In this document: piece by piece, positions 9,285-18,851 of the stretch
How the letters are laid out: every line of letters begins with the position of its first letter
How positions within the stretch are numbered: the first letter of the stretch is position 1
NCBI GenBank assembly: GCA_902634185.1
Contig: CACPJC010000002.1
Location: forward strand, 1 to 64,000
Source of the DNA: an uncultured Candidatus Actinomarina sp.
GTDB lineage: Bacteria; Actinomycetota; Acidimicrobiia; Actinomarinales; Actinomarinaceae
Direction: 5' to 3'
DNA length: 64,000 nucleotides
Program-made: the position numbers and the translations under genes
The notes under the pieces: model-generated
Told to the model about the DNA's origin: nothing
Seen by the model: only the letters and a program-made list of their open reading frames with translations
The model's database searches: none

Positions 9285-9292
9285 AAGACACC
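9272..9292 (+). repeat. Doublet AAAAGACACC-T-AAAAGACACC
   Basis: Identical to 8704-8724. Confidence 0.85.
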
Positions 9293-9302
9293 AAAATTTT
9301 CT

Positions 9303-9475
9303 AAAACTGTAGATACTCTCTGATAGCCTCTGATATCTTTTTAAAAGAGCTTGAGTTCATTGACTCTATGAATTGATACTCTCTGATACTACCTAGTATT
9401 TAGTGGTTCTTTCCTTACAAGGAAGAAGTCACAGGTTCAAATCCTGCAGCGCCCACAAAGGTTTTTCAGAAATCT
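9303..9475 (+). repeat. att-like repeat copy 2: spacer + tRNA-Val 3' half (one T>C change) + tail
   Basis: Matches 8515-8687 at a constant offset of 788 bp. Confidence 0.9.
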
Positions 9476-9507
9476 TTACATATTGACTAATCAATTATTA
9501 TGAAATT

Positions 9508-9675
9508 ATGAAATATAAAAAAGAGTTAAGTGTTTTACTTATTTTTGTAACTTTTGCTTGGCCAGTATTTGACATTCTTGACTCTAGTTACACTCCAACT
9601 CAAGTAATTTTAACTGTTATATTTGCTTATCTTGGAATACGTTTTACTTACTTCGTTTATTTTAAAAATAACTAA
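9508..9675 (+). CDS. Small 55-aa two-TM membrane protein (absent from the ORF track)
   Basis: Manual translation MKYKKELSVLLIFVTFAWPVFDILDSSYTPTQVILTVIFAYLGIRFTYFVYFKNN*; TATTAT-N6-ATG; fills the gap before the convergent gene. Confidence 0.65.
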   Translation: MKYKKELSVLLIFVTFAWPVFDILDSSYTPTQVILTVIFAYLGIRFTYFVYFKNN

Positions 9676-9685
9676 TTGTCTAAAA

Positions 9686-11347
9686 CTAATTCCTAATCGC
9701 TTTTTTAAAAATTCCATCTTGTTCAATCGTGATATCACTCTTGGTCATAGTGCATTCGAGATTAATCCAGCACTGGTCCCCAATATCTGGACCAACCCAT
9801 CCATTGCCACGATCTACATACTTAGCAATTGGTCGTGGATCAAATAATTCAGAAGCATTATCGCCAAAGATTGCAACGTAGCTAGTTGATCTGACTAATA
9901 ATGCAACCGAAAGAATAACTAGTGAAATACCTGCAAAATTAAATAGGTTTTTAAATTTAGATTCATCTACAAAAAATCCTAGTAGGGAAATTATTACCAG
10001 CATTATTCCCATTAAGTAACGTGGCGTAGGACCGTAAAGAACAAGATAGATTATATTTATTAAAATAAATAAAAATACTGTAATCTTTAAATTGTTATCA
10101 ATATGTGTTTTTTTAAAAAATACAATTTTTATAAAAAGCAAAAACATAAGCGATAATAAAAAATTAATTAATATTGCATAATTTTCTTCTACTGAAATAA
10201 ATCCTGAAATCCAATCAGATAGTTTGTAATCATATAAAGATAACGAGTAACTCCAATTTCTTGTTGCTAATTCATACTCTAAAGTAGAACCTGGCAAGTA
10301 CCAATCAAAATTGTTTAAACAAGAGAAATTTACTGGAAAAATAAAACAACCGGTTGTTATGTATTGCTTGGCGATCCAAATGCCTGCAAAGATTGTTGTT
10401 ATTAAATTTACATTAAACAACTTTTTAAATTTTACCTTTTGGTTCTTAATTAAAACAAAATAAAAATAAATTAAAAATAACGCAACTGGAAAACTACTAA
10501 GTTTTATCTGTAGACTAAATAAGGTTAGAAATGAAATTAAAGAAATATCTTTAAAATTTACATTTTTATCTTTTAAATGAATAAGAAGGGACCTTGAAAT
10601 CAATAAAAATAATATTGCCACAGAAGTGTCTTGCTTTGTTACGCCTTGAATGAATAAAAAACCATTCCTACCACCATAAATACCAAAATTATCCAGCAGT
10701 GAAAACACTAGTAGAAAAAATGATGAATTTTTAAGAACTTTATTGTCACTTAAGATATCTCCTAATAAAACAATATAAAAGGAATGAATAAATAATAAAT
10801 TGAGAAAGTGCAATAAAAAGAAATTATTTCCAAACCATAAAATTGCTGAGAGGTATTCATAAATTGAGGACATTCCAAAAGTCCAGTGTATGTTCACCAT
10901 TCCTTCAATTATGTTTGACTGTTGAAGCCAATGTTGATGGTTTAAATGGTAAAATCCTGCATCATAATGCCAACCAGTGTTGAACGTGCTGACAATTAAA
11001 ACTCCAGGAATTAAAAAGTAGTTTATAAACTTTTGAAAGTCTATATTAAAACTAAATTTATCTATTTTTAGAAAATTTGGAATTAACAACAAAATAAGTA
11101 AAAAATAGGTCAAATTGTTCTCAAGTCCAAAAAAGAAATTTATTAAGATTAAAAAATTTCCAACGAATGCACATCCAATTATTGGATATAGGTAATTTGA
11201 TTTAGTGAAAATTACTTTATTAGGAATGCTGGATGATTTAAAAATAATTCTATTTTCCAAAATGTGAAATGACCTACCTATAAAATAAAAATAAATATAA
11301 AAAATTACATAAATTAGAAAATAATTTAAATATGGAAAAATTTGCAT
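9686..11347 (-). CDS. Polytopic membrane protein, LIC_10190-like (putative GT-C), paralog 1
   Basis: HYDAGFYH, DNFGxxGGRNG, TGCFIFP, C-terminal GDQCWINLEC. Confidence 0.65.
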   Translation of the reverse strand: MQIFPYLNYFLIYVIFYIYFYFIGRSFHILENRIIFKSSSIPNKVIFTKSNYLYPIIGCAFVGNFLILINFFFGLENNLTYFLLILLLIPNFLKIDKFSFNIDFQKFINYFLIPGVLIVSTFNTGWHYDAGFYHLNHQHWLQQSNIIEGMVNIHWTFGMSSIYEYLSAILWFGNNFFLLHFLNLLFIHSFYIVLLGDILSDNKVLKNSSFFLLVFSLLDNFGIYGGRNGFLFIQGVTKQDTSVAILFLLISRSLLIHLKDKNVNFKDISLISFLTLFSLQIKLSSFPVALFLIYFYFVLIKNQKVKFKKLFNVNLITTIFAGIWIAKQYITTGCFIFPVNFSCLNNFDWYLPGSTLEYELATRNWSYSLSLYDYKLSDWISGFISVEENYAILINFLLSLMFLLFIKIVFFKKTHIDNNLKITVFLFILINIIYLVLYGPTPRYLMGIMLVIISLLGFFVDESKFKNLFNFAGISLVILSVALLVRSTSYVAIFGDNASELFDPRPIAKYVDRGNGWVGPDIGDQCWINLECTMTKSDITIEQDGIFKKAIRN

Positions 11348-11363
11348 TTTGTTCCCATATTTT

Positions 11364-11750
11364 TCAATTACTTATAATTCTTTTTGACAGAACTAAAAAA
11401 ACAGAGGATGTTAAAACATAAATTAATAAATATAATCGTGAATATCCATAAACTCTAAAAATAATATATACCGAAGATAGGGATATTAAATTAACCAAAA
11501 TATAGAAACTAAAGCGAAAATAATGCAATAGATATATTTCGATGAAAGGTTTAAATGTATGTATCAAAACTAATGTAACTAAAGATACAGTTAAGCAAAT
11601 TAAGTAATAAGTAAAAATAACTTCGCTTTCACTTAAATCAATTATTGGTCTTAAATCTTCAAGTAATTGTTGGGTATCAATGCTAACACTTTGATTTATA
11701 GTAAAAAAATTTAATATAAACAAACCAACAAATCTAAATAATAAAAGCAT
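11364..11750 (-). CDS. Small membrane protein resembling the N-terminal TM domain of the WcaJ-like gene at 53534
   Basis: About 4 TM; IIFRVYGYSRLYLLIY versus TIFRISSLISRGYLLVF. Confidence 0.5.
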   Translation of the reverse strand: MLLLFRFVGLFILNFFTINQSVSIDTQQLLEDLRPIIDLSESEVIFTYYLICLTVSLVTLVLIHTFKPFIEIYLLHYFRFSFYILVNLISLSSVYIIFRVYGYSRLYLLIYVLTSSVFLVLSKRIISN

Positions 11751-11844
11751 ATTTAAAAGATACTAATCAAAAAAAAATAAAATTTTATTTATTATCAAAT
11801 ATGGAATTTGGCTTTTTTTAATTGTTATAATTATCACCTAAATC

Positions 11845-12276
11845 ATGAAAAGAAATAAAAAAACTTTTACACTTTGTATATTTTTATTATTTTTGATTTC
11901 TTGTTCAGATAATTTAGATACTGATCAAAATGGTTACATAAAACCAAATGTAGATTTTTTAAACTGTCCTACTAATGTTCATATTGAAGATACATTAATT
12001 CTCGATTATGAAATAAATACTGGAAGTGGCAGTATTCAAGAAGTAGACATAAAAATATTACAAGAAGCGGATGTAGTTGTATCATATAAAGTAAATTCAA
12101 GAGTAAATTCAAAAAACTATAAATTTTTAGATCCTTTTGAAAATCACATATATTCATACGAATTAAACAATAGTGCAAAAATTGAGCAAGAAAATTATCT
12201 ATTCACGATAAAAATAACAGATAACTTAGATCAGGTTGCAGATGCAGAATGTCAATTCGCTATGAAATCTGGATGA
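11845..12276 (+). CDS. Putative lipoprotein with beta-rich (Ig-like) domain
   Basis: Lipobox FLISC; beta-strand pattern ending YLFTIKITD. Confidence 0.6.
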   Translation: MKRNKKTFTLCIFLLFLISCSDNLDTDQNGYIKPNVDFLNCPTNVHIEDTLILDYEINTGSGSIQEVDIKILQEADVVVSYKVNSRVNSKNYKFLDPFENHIYSYELNNSAKIEQENYLFTIKITDNLDQVADAECQFAMKSG

Positions 12277-12323
12277 TTGGTATTTTTGAAAAATAAATAC
12301 AATCTAAACTTATTATTTAACAT

Positions 12324-13982
12324 ATGACAATTTTCTTAAATGTTCTTTTTTATAATTTTTTATATTTTCTGGGGAGAGGAGTTTTCCTACTTCCTAATTT
12401 CATTACAGACAGAAAGAAACAAATTAAGGAGCGGATATTAGGCTTTCCTGTTTCAACTTTTTATGTAGTTTTTGGATTAATTGTTTTAGGAAATCTTGGG
12501 TTCATTTTGAACTTTTTTATAAAACTTGATTCAATAATTCCATTTTTTTTTGTTACGCTACCTTTAGTAATTAATTTGTTTTACAAACTCGATATTAAAG
12601 ATAAAACTACAAAGTTTATTACAAACATAATAATTCCATCAATCCTCTCAATTTCATCGTACAATATTGGGTTCCATTATGATTCTGGATACTATCACTT
12701 AAATTTTCAAAATTGGCTACAAAAGGAAAAAATTGTCCTTGGGCTATCAAATATATTTCAGCCTTTTGGCTTAGGCTCAATTAACGACTATATCTCTTCA
12801 CTGTTGTGGTTAGATAACAATTTTATTTTGTTACATTTTGTACAGCTTGCTTCAATTGCTGCATTTTATACTTTTTTAGTTCACTTATTTATCTATAGTG
12901 AAAATCTAATCGATAAAGTTATCTCAGTAAATATTTTAATTTTCTCAATTTTAGACAATTTTGGATTTGGTGGAGGAAGAAATGGATTTATTTATATACA
13001 AGGAGTTGGTAAACCAGATATAACATTTTCAATTATCTTTTTTACAGGATTCTTGTTAATTTTTAGATTATCCTCAAGTGAAAAAATTAAATCAACAGAC
13101 TTTTTATATTTAAACTGGATTGTTTTATTTTGTTTTCAACTTAAAGTATTTGGAGCACTTTTAATAATTCCATATATATATCTTTTATTTGTACATAAAG
13201 AAAAGATTTTGAAAATAATAAAACAAACAAGAACTTTTTACATACAAGTTTTTGTTTTGATATCTTGGTCTCTAAAAAGTTTACTTTTATCTGGTTGTAT
13301 AGTTTTTCCGGTCTCTCAAACCTGTATTGAAAATTTAAATTGGTTTACCCCCAAATTATTTAACGATTTTTATATTGAGACAAAAATATTTAATAAAGCG
13401 TTTTTAGTAAATGATGGATTTATAAATTGGTTTACGAGTTGGTATGCTGTTGTTGAAAATAGGAATATTTTACTTAATTTTATAACTTCATTTCTAATAA
13501 TTTATATTTTAAATTTATTATTTTTAAAAAGAAAGATCAAAATCTCAAGAGAAAATTTTTATGTTTATATTTTTCTAACAATTTGTTTTATTGCACTGAT
13601 ATTTACATCTCCACTTCCACGATTTTTAATTCCAGTTTTTTTGATCACAGTTTCTGCAATAAATATGAGCGAGAGTTTTAAAATTAAAGGAATAAAATTT
13701 TTAACACATAACAATTTCAAATTAATGTTTCTAACTTTAGTGCTTATATCAAATATTTTATTAGTTCCATTAAATTCTCACAAAAGTTTTATAAGATCAC
13801 CTATTGATTCAATAAAAATTAACTTAAGTGAAATTAATTATATTGAAAACAAACACTGGGGTGTTGGTCCTGAAAATGGTGATAGATGTTGGATAAATTT
13901 AGAATGTACAAATCTTGAATATATCAATCCAAGATTTTCGACTGTTTTTGGTTATACAGTTATTAAAGAAGCTGATAAATAA
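12324..13982 (+). CDS. LIC_10190-like membrane protein, paralog 2
   Basis: HYDSGYYH, DNFGFGGGRNG, SGCIVFP, GDRCWINLEC. Confidence 0.65.
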   Translation: MTIFLNVLFYNFLYFLGRGVFLLPNFITDRKKQIKERILGFPVSTFYVVFGLIVLGNLGFILNFFIKLDSIIPFFFVTLPLVINLFYKLDIKDKTTKFITNIIIPSILSISSYNIGFHYDSGYYHLNFQNWLQKEKIVLGLSNIFQPFGLGSINDYISSLLWLDNNFILLHFVQLASIAAFYTFLVHLFIYSENLIDKVISVNILIFSILDNFGFGGGRNGFIYIQGVGKPDITFSIIFFTGFLLIFRLSSSEKIKSTDFLYLNWIVLFCFQLKVFGALLIIPYIYLLFVHKEKILKIIKQTRTFYIQVFVLISWSLKSLLLSGCIVFPVSQTCIENLNWFTPKLFNDFYIETKIFNKAFLVNDGFINWFTSWYAVVENRNILLNFITSFLIIYILNLLFLKRKIKISRENFYVYIFLTICFIALIFTSPLPRFLIPVFLITVSAINMSESFKIKGIKFLTHNNFKLMFLTLVLISNILLVPLNSHKSFIRSPIDSIKINLSEINYIENKHWGVGPENGDRCWINLECTNLEYINPRFSTVFGYTVIKEADK

Positions 13983-13984
13983 CT

Positions 13985-15085
13985 TTAAATGAGTGTATTT
14001 AAAAGTGTTTTCACAATAAAATTTTGATCACTTTTTTTTAAATGATTCCCAAGTGGGAGATATAAACCATTTTTTCCTATATTTTCAGAGACTGGTAGTT
14101 TCAAATTATTTGAAAATTTTTTGGGGAGGGCATCTTGTAAATGAAGGGGGTGAAAGAAAGGCCTTGTTTCTATCCCTTGATTCATTAAGTCGTTTATCAA
14201 TTTGTCTCTTATGTCCTGTTTCTTTAGAACAATGCCATAAACCCAATAGTGGTTTACAGATCCCTTATATGACAACTCAGGAATTTGTAGAATGTCTGAA
14301 TAATCTTTTAATAATTCATTGTAATAATTACCTTGTTCAATTTTTTGACTAATTGTTTTCCTCATGTTGTTTAACTGTGAATTTCCAAGTGCTGCTTGAA
14401 GACCACCTAACCTATAATTCCAATATAAATTTTTATGTTTAAAGCGATCTTGAGAAAAATCTAAATTTTTCATCTGATTTATTAATTTATATATATCTTC
14501 ATCGTTTGTAAGTATCATTCCTCCCTCGCCTGAGGTAACATGCTTATTTGCATAAAAACTCATTGTTGAGATCTTGCCAAATGACCCACATTTTCTATTT
14601 TCATAAAATTGACCGTGTGCTTCTGCTGAATCCTCGATAAGCTCAATATTGTTTTCTATACAAAGTTTTTCAATTTCTGATGCATCTGCAGGTAACCCAT
14701 AAGTGTGGACAAGAAGTATAGCCTTAGTATTTTTAGTTATTAGCCCTTTTACACTATCTATGGTCATATTCCAAGTTTTATGATCAACATCGCAAAATAC
14801 TGGTTTTCCACCAGATCTTATAACAGCTGCTAAAGCTGAAATTATTGTGAATGATGGAATAATTATTTCATCCTCATCAGAAAGATCTAATGATTGAAAT
14901 GCCAGATCTAATGCTACAGATCCATTCGAAACAGCGGAGGCATATTTTCTATCAAACTCTTTGGCTGTATTTTCTTCAAATTTTTTAACTATTGGGCTAC
15001 TACCAGAAATTTCATTTTTCATTATTGAACTAAATACAGCTAATTTATCAGAAAATGATAATCTAGGTTCAAAAACTTTTATCAT
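13985..15085 (-). CDS. DegT/DnrJ family aminotransferase, GDP-perosamine synthase-like
   Basis: SNGSVAL, EDSAEAHG, SFYANKHVTSGEGG (PLP lysine), ETRPFF. Confidence 0.9.
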   Translation of the reverse strand: MIKVFEPRLSFSDKLAVFSSIMKNEISGSSPIVKKFEENTAKEFDRKYASAVSNGSVALDLAFQSLDLSDEDEIIIPSFTIISALAAVIRSGGKPVFCDVDHKTWNMTIDSVKGLITKNTKAILLVHTYGLPADASEIEKLCIENNIELIEDSAEAHGQFYENRKCGSFGKISTMSFYANKHVTSGEGGMILTNDEDIYKLINQMKNLDFSQDRFKHKNLYWNYRLGGLQAALGNSQLNNMRKTISQKIEQGNYYNELLKDYSDILQIPELSYKGSVNHYWVYGIVLKKQDIRDKLINDLMNQGIETRPFFHPLHLQDALPKKFSNNLKLPVSENIGKNGLYLPLGNHLKKSDQNFIVKTLLNTLI

Positions 15086-15484
15086 TTAAAATCTTTTTTT
15101 GTCTGTTTCTGGATCATATGGGCCCTGTTTGACTTCAATAAACTTTGTATCTTGTTTTACATCAATGCCGTGACCTCCACCAAACAATGCTATTGTATCG
15201 TGTTGAAAAATATTCACCGTTTCTACTAAATCTAGCTCATAATCAAAAATTTCAACCCTCAATTCCCCTTCTAAAACTATAAGAACTTCAGATGTTGTCT
15301 TAATATTTCTGTTTTGTTCATTATGGATATGTGTTTCTATTACAGTCTTATTTTTTAAATTAAAAGCAGCAAGTTGGAAATCATAATGGTTTTCTGTTGC
15401 AAAATGCTTTTCTTTGACAATTTCGTTATCTCTTATTACTAAAGCTAATAAGTTATTTTTTTTGTCTCTTATTTCCATACCCAT
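15086..15484 (-). CDS. Cupin-fold protein (WbuC-like)
   Basis: HIH...EVL...GGGHG...EVKQGPY. Confidence 0.7.
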   Translation of the reverse strand: MGMEIRDKKNNLLALVIRDNEIVKEKHFATENHYDFQLAAFNLKNKTVIETHIHNEQNRNIKTTSEVLIVLEGELRVEIFDYELDLVETVNIFQHDTIALFGGGHGIDVKQDTKFIEVKQGPYDPETDKKRF

Positions 15485-16292
15485 CTATTCTACATTGAAC
15501 AACTGCCTTTAGATAGGGAATACCTCGTCTGAATAACTGGGCAATACTTGATGCCGTCTTTGTTTCACCAAATATTCTAGTTTCACAAATGTAACCAACC
15601 TCTATTATGTCAACTTTATTTTTTCTTAGATCATTTACGAGGTAGATAAAATAATCACCATAATCCGCTATTAAAAATGGTTCTTCATTGAATACTTCTT
15701 TTTTTCCAATTATGAAACCACTAGTTATATCTTTAACTCCAAGGTTTAATACAGCTATTAAGAATTTATTAAATAAGTTTGAAGCAATCATTCCTAAAAC
15801 AGAATCATTTGAATCATTGACATTTCTCATTGCACTAAATATCGATGTTTCACTTAAGTCTTTCACACCTTTGTAACCTCCACCTTCCGTAAACCTGGAA
15901 CCAATTACAACCGAATCTTTTTTTTCATTAATTTGTTCAATTAACTTTTTTACAGACTTTGCATTCATAGAGTTATCAGCATCTAACCACATTACATACT
16001 CTGATTGTGATTTTGTTATTCCTTCCAAAATAGATAATGGGAGTGATGGATTTTTAGTTCTCTTAATAAGTTTGAGATTATGATCATTTATTCTGAGTTC
16101 TTCGACTAACTCAAATGTAGTATCTGTGGAACCATCATCGACAACTAGAATTTCGTAATTCTCTAATCCCATACTTTGAATAACCATTGTAATTTCGGGA
16201 ATTAAAATTTTTAGATTCTCGGATTCGTTAATTGTTGGTAAAACAATGCTAAGGCTTGATATATTAGAACTCACGTTAATTGATGATAACAT
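15453..16292 (-). CDS. GT2 polyprenyl-phosphate sugar synthase-like
   Basis: LPTINE, VDDGSTD, WLDAD, DITSGF. Confidence 0.85.
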   Translation of the reverse strand: MLSSINVSSNISSLSIVLPTINESENLKILIPEITMVIQSMGLENYEILVVDDGSTDTTFELVEELRINDHNLKLIKRTKNPSLPLSILEGITKSQSEYVMWLDADNSMNAKSVKKLIEQINEKKDSVVIGSRFTEGGGYKGVKDLSETSIFSAMRNVNDSNDSVLGMIASNLFNKFLIAVLNLGVKDITSGFIIGKKEVFNEEPFLIADYGDYFIYLVNDLRKNKVDIIEVGYICETRIFGETKTASSIAQLFRRGIPYLKAVVQCRIDGYGNKRQKK

Positions 16293-16323
16293 TTTGAAAG
16301 TAATTAAATTGATATGTTTTTGA

Positions 16324-17040
16324 TTATTTAGTAATTTTGATTAATAATAAATAACCAAAAAACCCATTGAATATTCTTTCAATCAATTCTTCAATATACT
16401 GTCCAAAACTTATGCTCAAAATAGAAAATACTATACCAAAATTTAAAAATTTACTAACCTTAACATTTTGAAAATTTGAATCATTCATAAACTTTTTTAC
16501 ACTTGGTACAGTAAATCTGTTTATATGTTGATTCTTATAACCAACTTCCCCAAACCTATTTAGAATTTTTTCCAAAAAATACATAAAACTTCTATAGTTT
16601 GGCGTTGTAAGTAACAACTGACCGTTCTTATTTAGGCGATTATATAAATTTTTTAAAATTTCAAAATTATCTTCATCCTCTAGGAACTCTAATAAACCGA
16701 GAACAGTGATTTTGTCATATTTTTTCTCTTCATTGGATTCCAAAAATTCAGTTACTGTGATAAATTTTCCTTTATCCCCATAATTGTTTTTAGCAAATTG
16801 GATTTGTCCATCTGATATATCAACACCTTGTGAATTTTTATATAGATAGAGGCCAATAAAAGTTCCTGGCCCACAGGCGTAATCTAAGTGTTTATCATTT
16901 GGATGAATTAATTTCTGAATTTTAGTAAATGTTATATTGTGCCAGTTAGCTTGGATTCCCCTTGATTTTTGTAAACCATCTTTTAAAATTTTGTCATAAT
17001 ATCCAGGTGGCATGTTATCGTTCCAAAAATCTTTACTCAT
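16324..17040 (-). CDS. Class I SAM-dependent methyltransferase
   Basis: LDYACGPG, GVDIS, LLTTPN, HINRF. Confidence 0.85.
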   Translation of the reverse strand: MSKDFWNDNMPPGYYDKILKDGLQKSRGIQANWHNITFTKIQKLIHPNDKHLDYACGPGTFIGLYLYKNSQGVDISDGQIQFAKNNYGDKGKFITVTEFLESNEEKKYDKITVLGLLEFLEDEDNFEILKNLYNRLNKNGQLLLTTPNYRSFMYFLEKILNRFGEVGYKNQHINRFTVPSVKKFMNDSNFQNVKVSKFLNFGIVFSILSISFGQYIEELIERIFNGFFGYLLLIKITK

Positions 17041-17276
17041 CTAAAACTCCGGTAAATATGATTTAATTTATAATCACTAGTTAAAAAATTTTTTATTCTT
17101 GATGTTTAATATCATCAATAAACAGGATAATCCTATTAAAAATTTTGATTAAAATAATTATAAAAAGGTAAATTATTTCAAAAGAAAAATTAATTTTAAC
17201 TTCAGAGATAAATTCTAAAAATTATTTATTTGTAGCATTTGTATCTTCTATAGTCGCTTGTTTCTTAATATTTACA

Positions 17277-18851
17277 TTGGAATTCTTCACAAATATGACT
17301 GGCTTCTTTTACTTTGCTGATCATATTTTTGACATGACAAGCTATAAGGCATTTATGAATAGTAGCTGGCAATTTCCTCTTTCTGAAGTAGATAATATTT
17401 ACCCTCAAAAAGACTTTTCAATTATTTTATTAAACTTTATTCCTGCATATTTGTTGCCAATTAAAATAATAAAATCAATTTTTGGTATATATTTTATTAA
17501 TCCATTTCCTTTTTGGTACCTTATTTGCTTTGTGCTTAGTGCAATTTTTACAGGAAAAATACTTGTTGCTTTTAAGATTAAAAATCCAATTGTTTTTTTT
17601 CTATCTATTTTTTTGGTTATAACTAATCCACTGATGATAAATAGAATGGTTTATCATATTGCTTTAAGTTCTCATTGGATAATAATTGGATGCTTATATT
17701 ACTACTTATTAACTGAAAAAATTGATAGTAAAAACTTTATTAAGTTTTCAATTCTTACAGGGTTTTCTCTTTTTGTTCAACCTTATATCACTTTTATGCT
17801 TTCTGTTTTTTTAGGTTTTTTATTTATAAAACTTATTTATACAAAAAACACAAAGAATGCTCTTAAAGGTCTGGCAACATATTTACTCATTATTATTAGT
17901 TATTTTGTTTTTATTTATTCACCATTTAAGTATGTAAATAATGCGGATTCTTATAGAGGAAGGTGGAGTGCTGAATTTAATTCATTTTTTTGTAGTAGAT
18001 ATCCAATTGGCTTTATTAATGATAGATTCTTTTGCTATGAACCTTACATTAAATATGATCATGAAGGTTATGCATATTTAGGTTTGGGAATAATATTGAG
18101 TTTATTCGTTTTTTTAGTAAAACCTCGTTATTTAGTAAACAAATTAAGGACATATAAAACCCTTGTAGTCAGTTCGTTAGTTTTATTACTTTTATCTTTT
18201 GGAAATCATTGGAAAATTGCTCATAAACAGATATTTGAATTTGAGTATCCAATAATTTTTAGAGAAATTATTAGTGTTTTTAGATCAAATGGTAGGTTTT
18301 CTTGGATTTTTTATTACTCACTGTTTTTTTGCATATTAATCACAATTGCAAAATTGAAAAAAAATATTTCGATTTTTTTATTTATTTTGATTTCTTTATT
18401 TCAGTTAACTGACATTAGTAATTTATATAATAACTACGAAAAATATTGGTTTAATGACTTGGAAAAACCAATACATTTAATCGATGAATCAAAAAATATT
18501 ATAAATCCTGATAATGGGATTCTTTATATTTTGCCTGACGAAAGGTGTTTTCATAAAGAAAATCTTTACTATGTTGACGATCCTTTAATATTTTCAATGC
18601 ATTATTTAGATATGGGTGGAAAAATAAACAGTATGAGAATTGGAAGATATAGTGGCGAATTTGCTGATAGAGAATTCTGTGATACATATTCAGTCCAAAA
18701 AGAGATTGATGATGAAAAACCAAACCATTTTGTAATAAGTGATTTAAATTTAATCAGAAATAGTAATGTAGAAAATCTATATACTTGTATAAAAATTGAT
18801 CCTTATTTAAATCCAGAATTTGATTTAGGTTATTGTGAAATTTATAAATAG
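17277..18851 (+). CDS. DUF6311/YfhO-like polytopic membrane protein (putative GT-C); start uncertain, frame open from 17172
   Basis: HIALSSHW, EGYAYLGLG, FRSNGRF motifs. Confidence 0.65.
   Translation: MEFFTNMTGFFYFADHIFDMTSYKAFMNSSWQFPLSEVDNIYPQKDFSIILLNFIPAYLLPIKIIKSIFGIYFINPFPFWYLICFVLSAIFTGKILVAFKIKNPIVFFLSIFLVITNPLMINRMVYHIALSSHWIIIGCLYYYLLTEKIDSKNFIKFSILTGFSLFVQPYITFMLSVFLGFLFIKLIYTKNTKNALKGLATYLLIIISYFVFIYSPFKYVNNADSYRGRWSAEFNSFFCSRYPIGFINDRFFCYEPYIKYDHEGYAYLGLGIILSLFVFLVKPRYLVNKLRTYKTLVVSSLVLLLLSFGNHWKIAHKQIFEFEYPIIFREIISVFRSNGRFSWIFYYSLFFCILITIAKLKKNISIFLFILISLFQLTDISNLYNNYEKYWFNDLEKPIHLIDESKNIINPDNGILYILPDERCFHKENLYYVDDPLIFSMHYLDMGGKINSMRIGRYSGEFADREFCDTYSVQKEIDDEKPNHFVISDLNLIRNSNVENLYTCIKIDPYLNPEFDLGYCEIYK

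Larger units (their letters stand above)
8625..9455 (+). mobile_element. Integrase-less cassette 2 at tRNA-Val (788 bp core-to-core)
   Basis: tRNA 3' half repeats at 8625 and 9413; AAAAGACACC doublets at 8704-8724 and 9272-9292. Confidence 0.8.

Noticed and set aside
6732-9292. Classical integron attC sites
   Set aside because: The doublets are direct repeats without RYYYAAC/GTTRRRY palindromic ends, and there is no intI gene.
6653-9475. tRNA-Val repeats as a CRISPR array
   Set aside because: The repeats are tRNA 3' halves separated by 0.8-2 kb of coding sequence, and no cas genes are present.
8515-9475. Duplicate segment as an assembly artefact
   Set aside because: The copies differ at 11 of 110 spacer positions and have different doublets and different cargo, which is inconsistent with a duplicated read.
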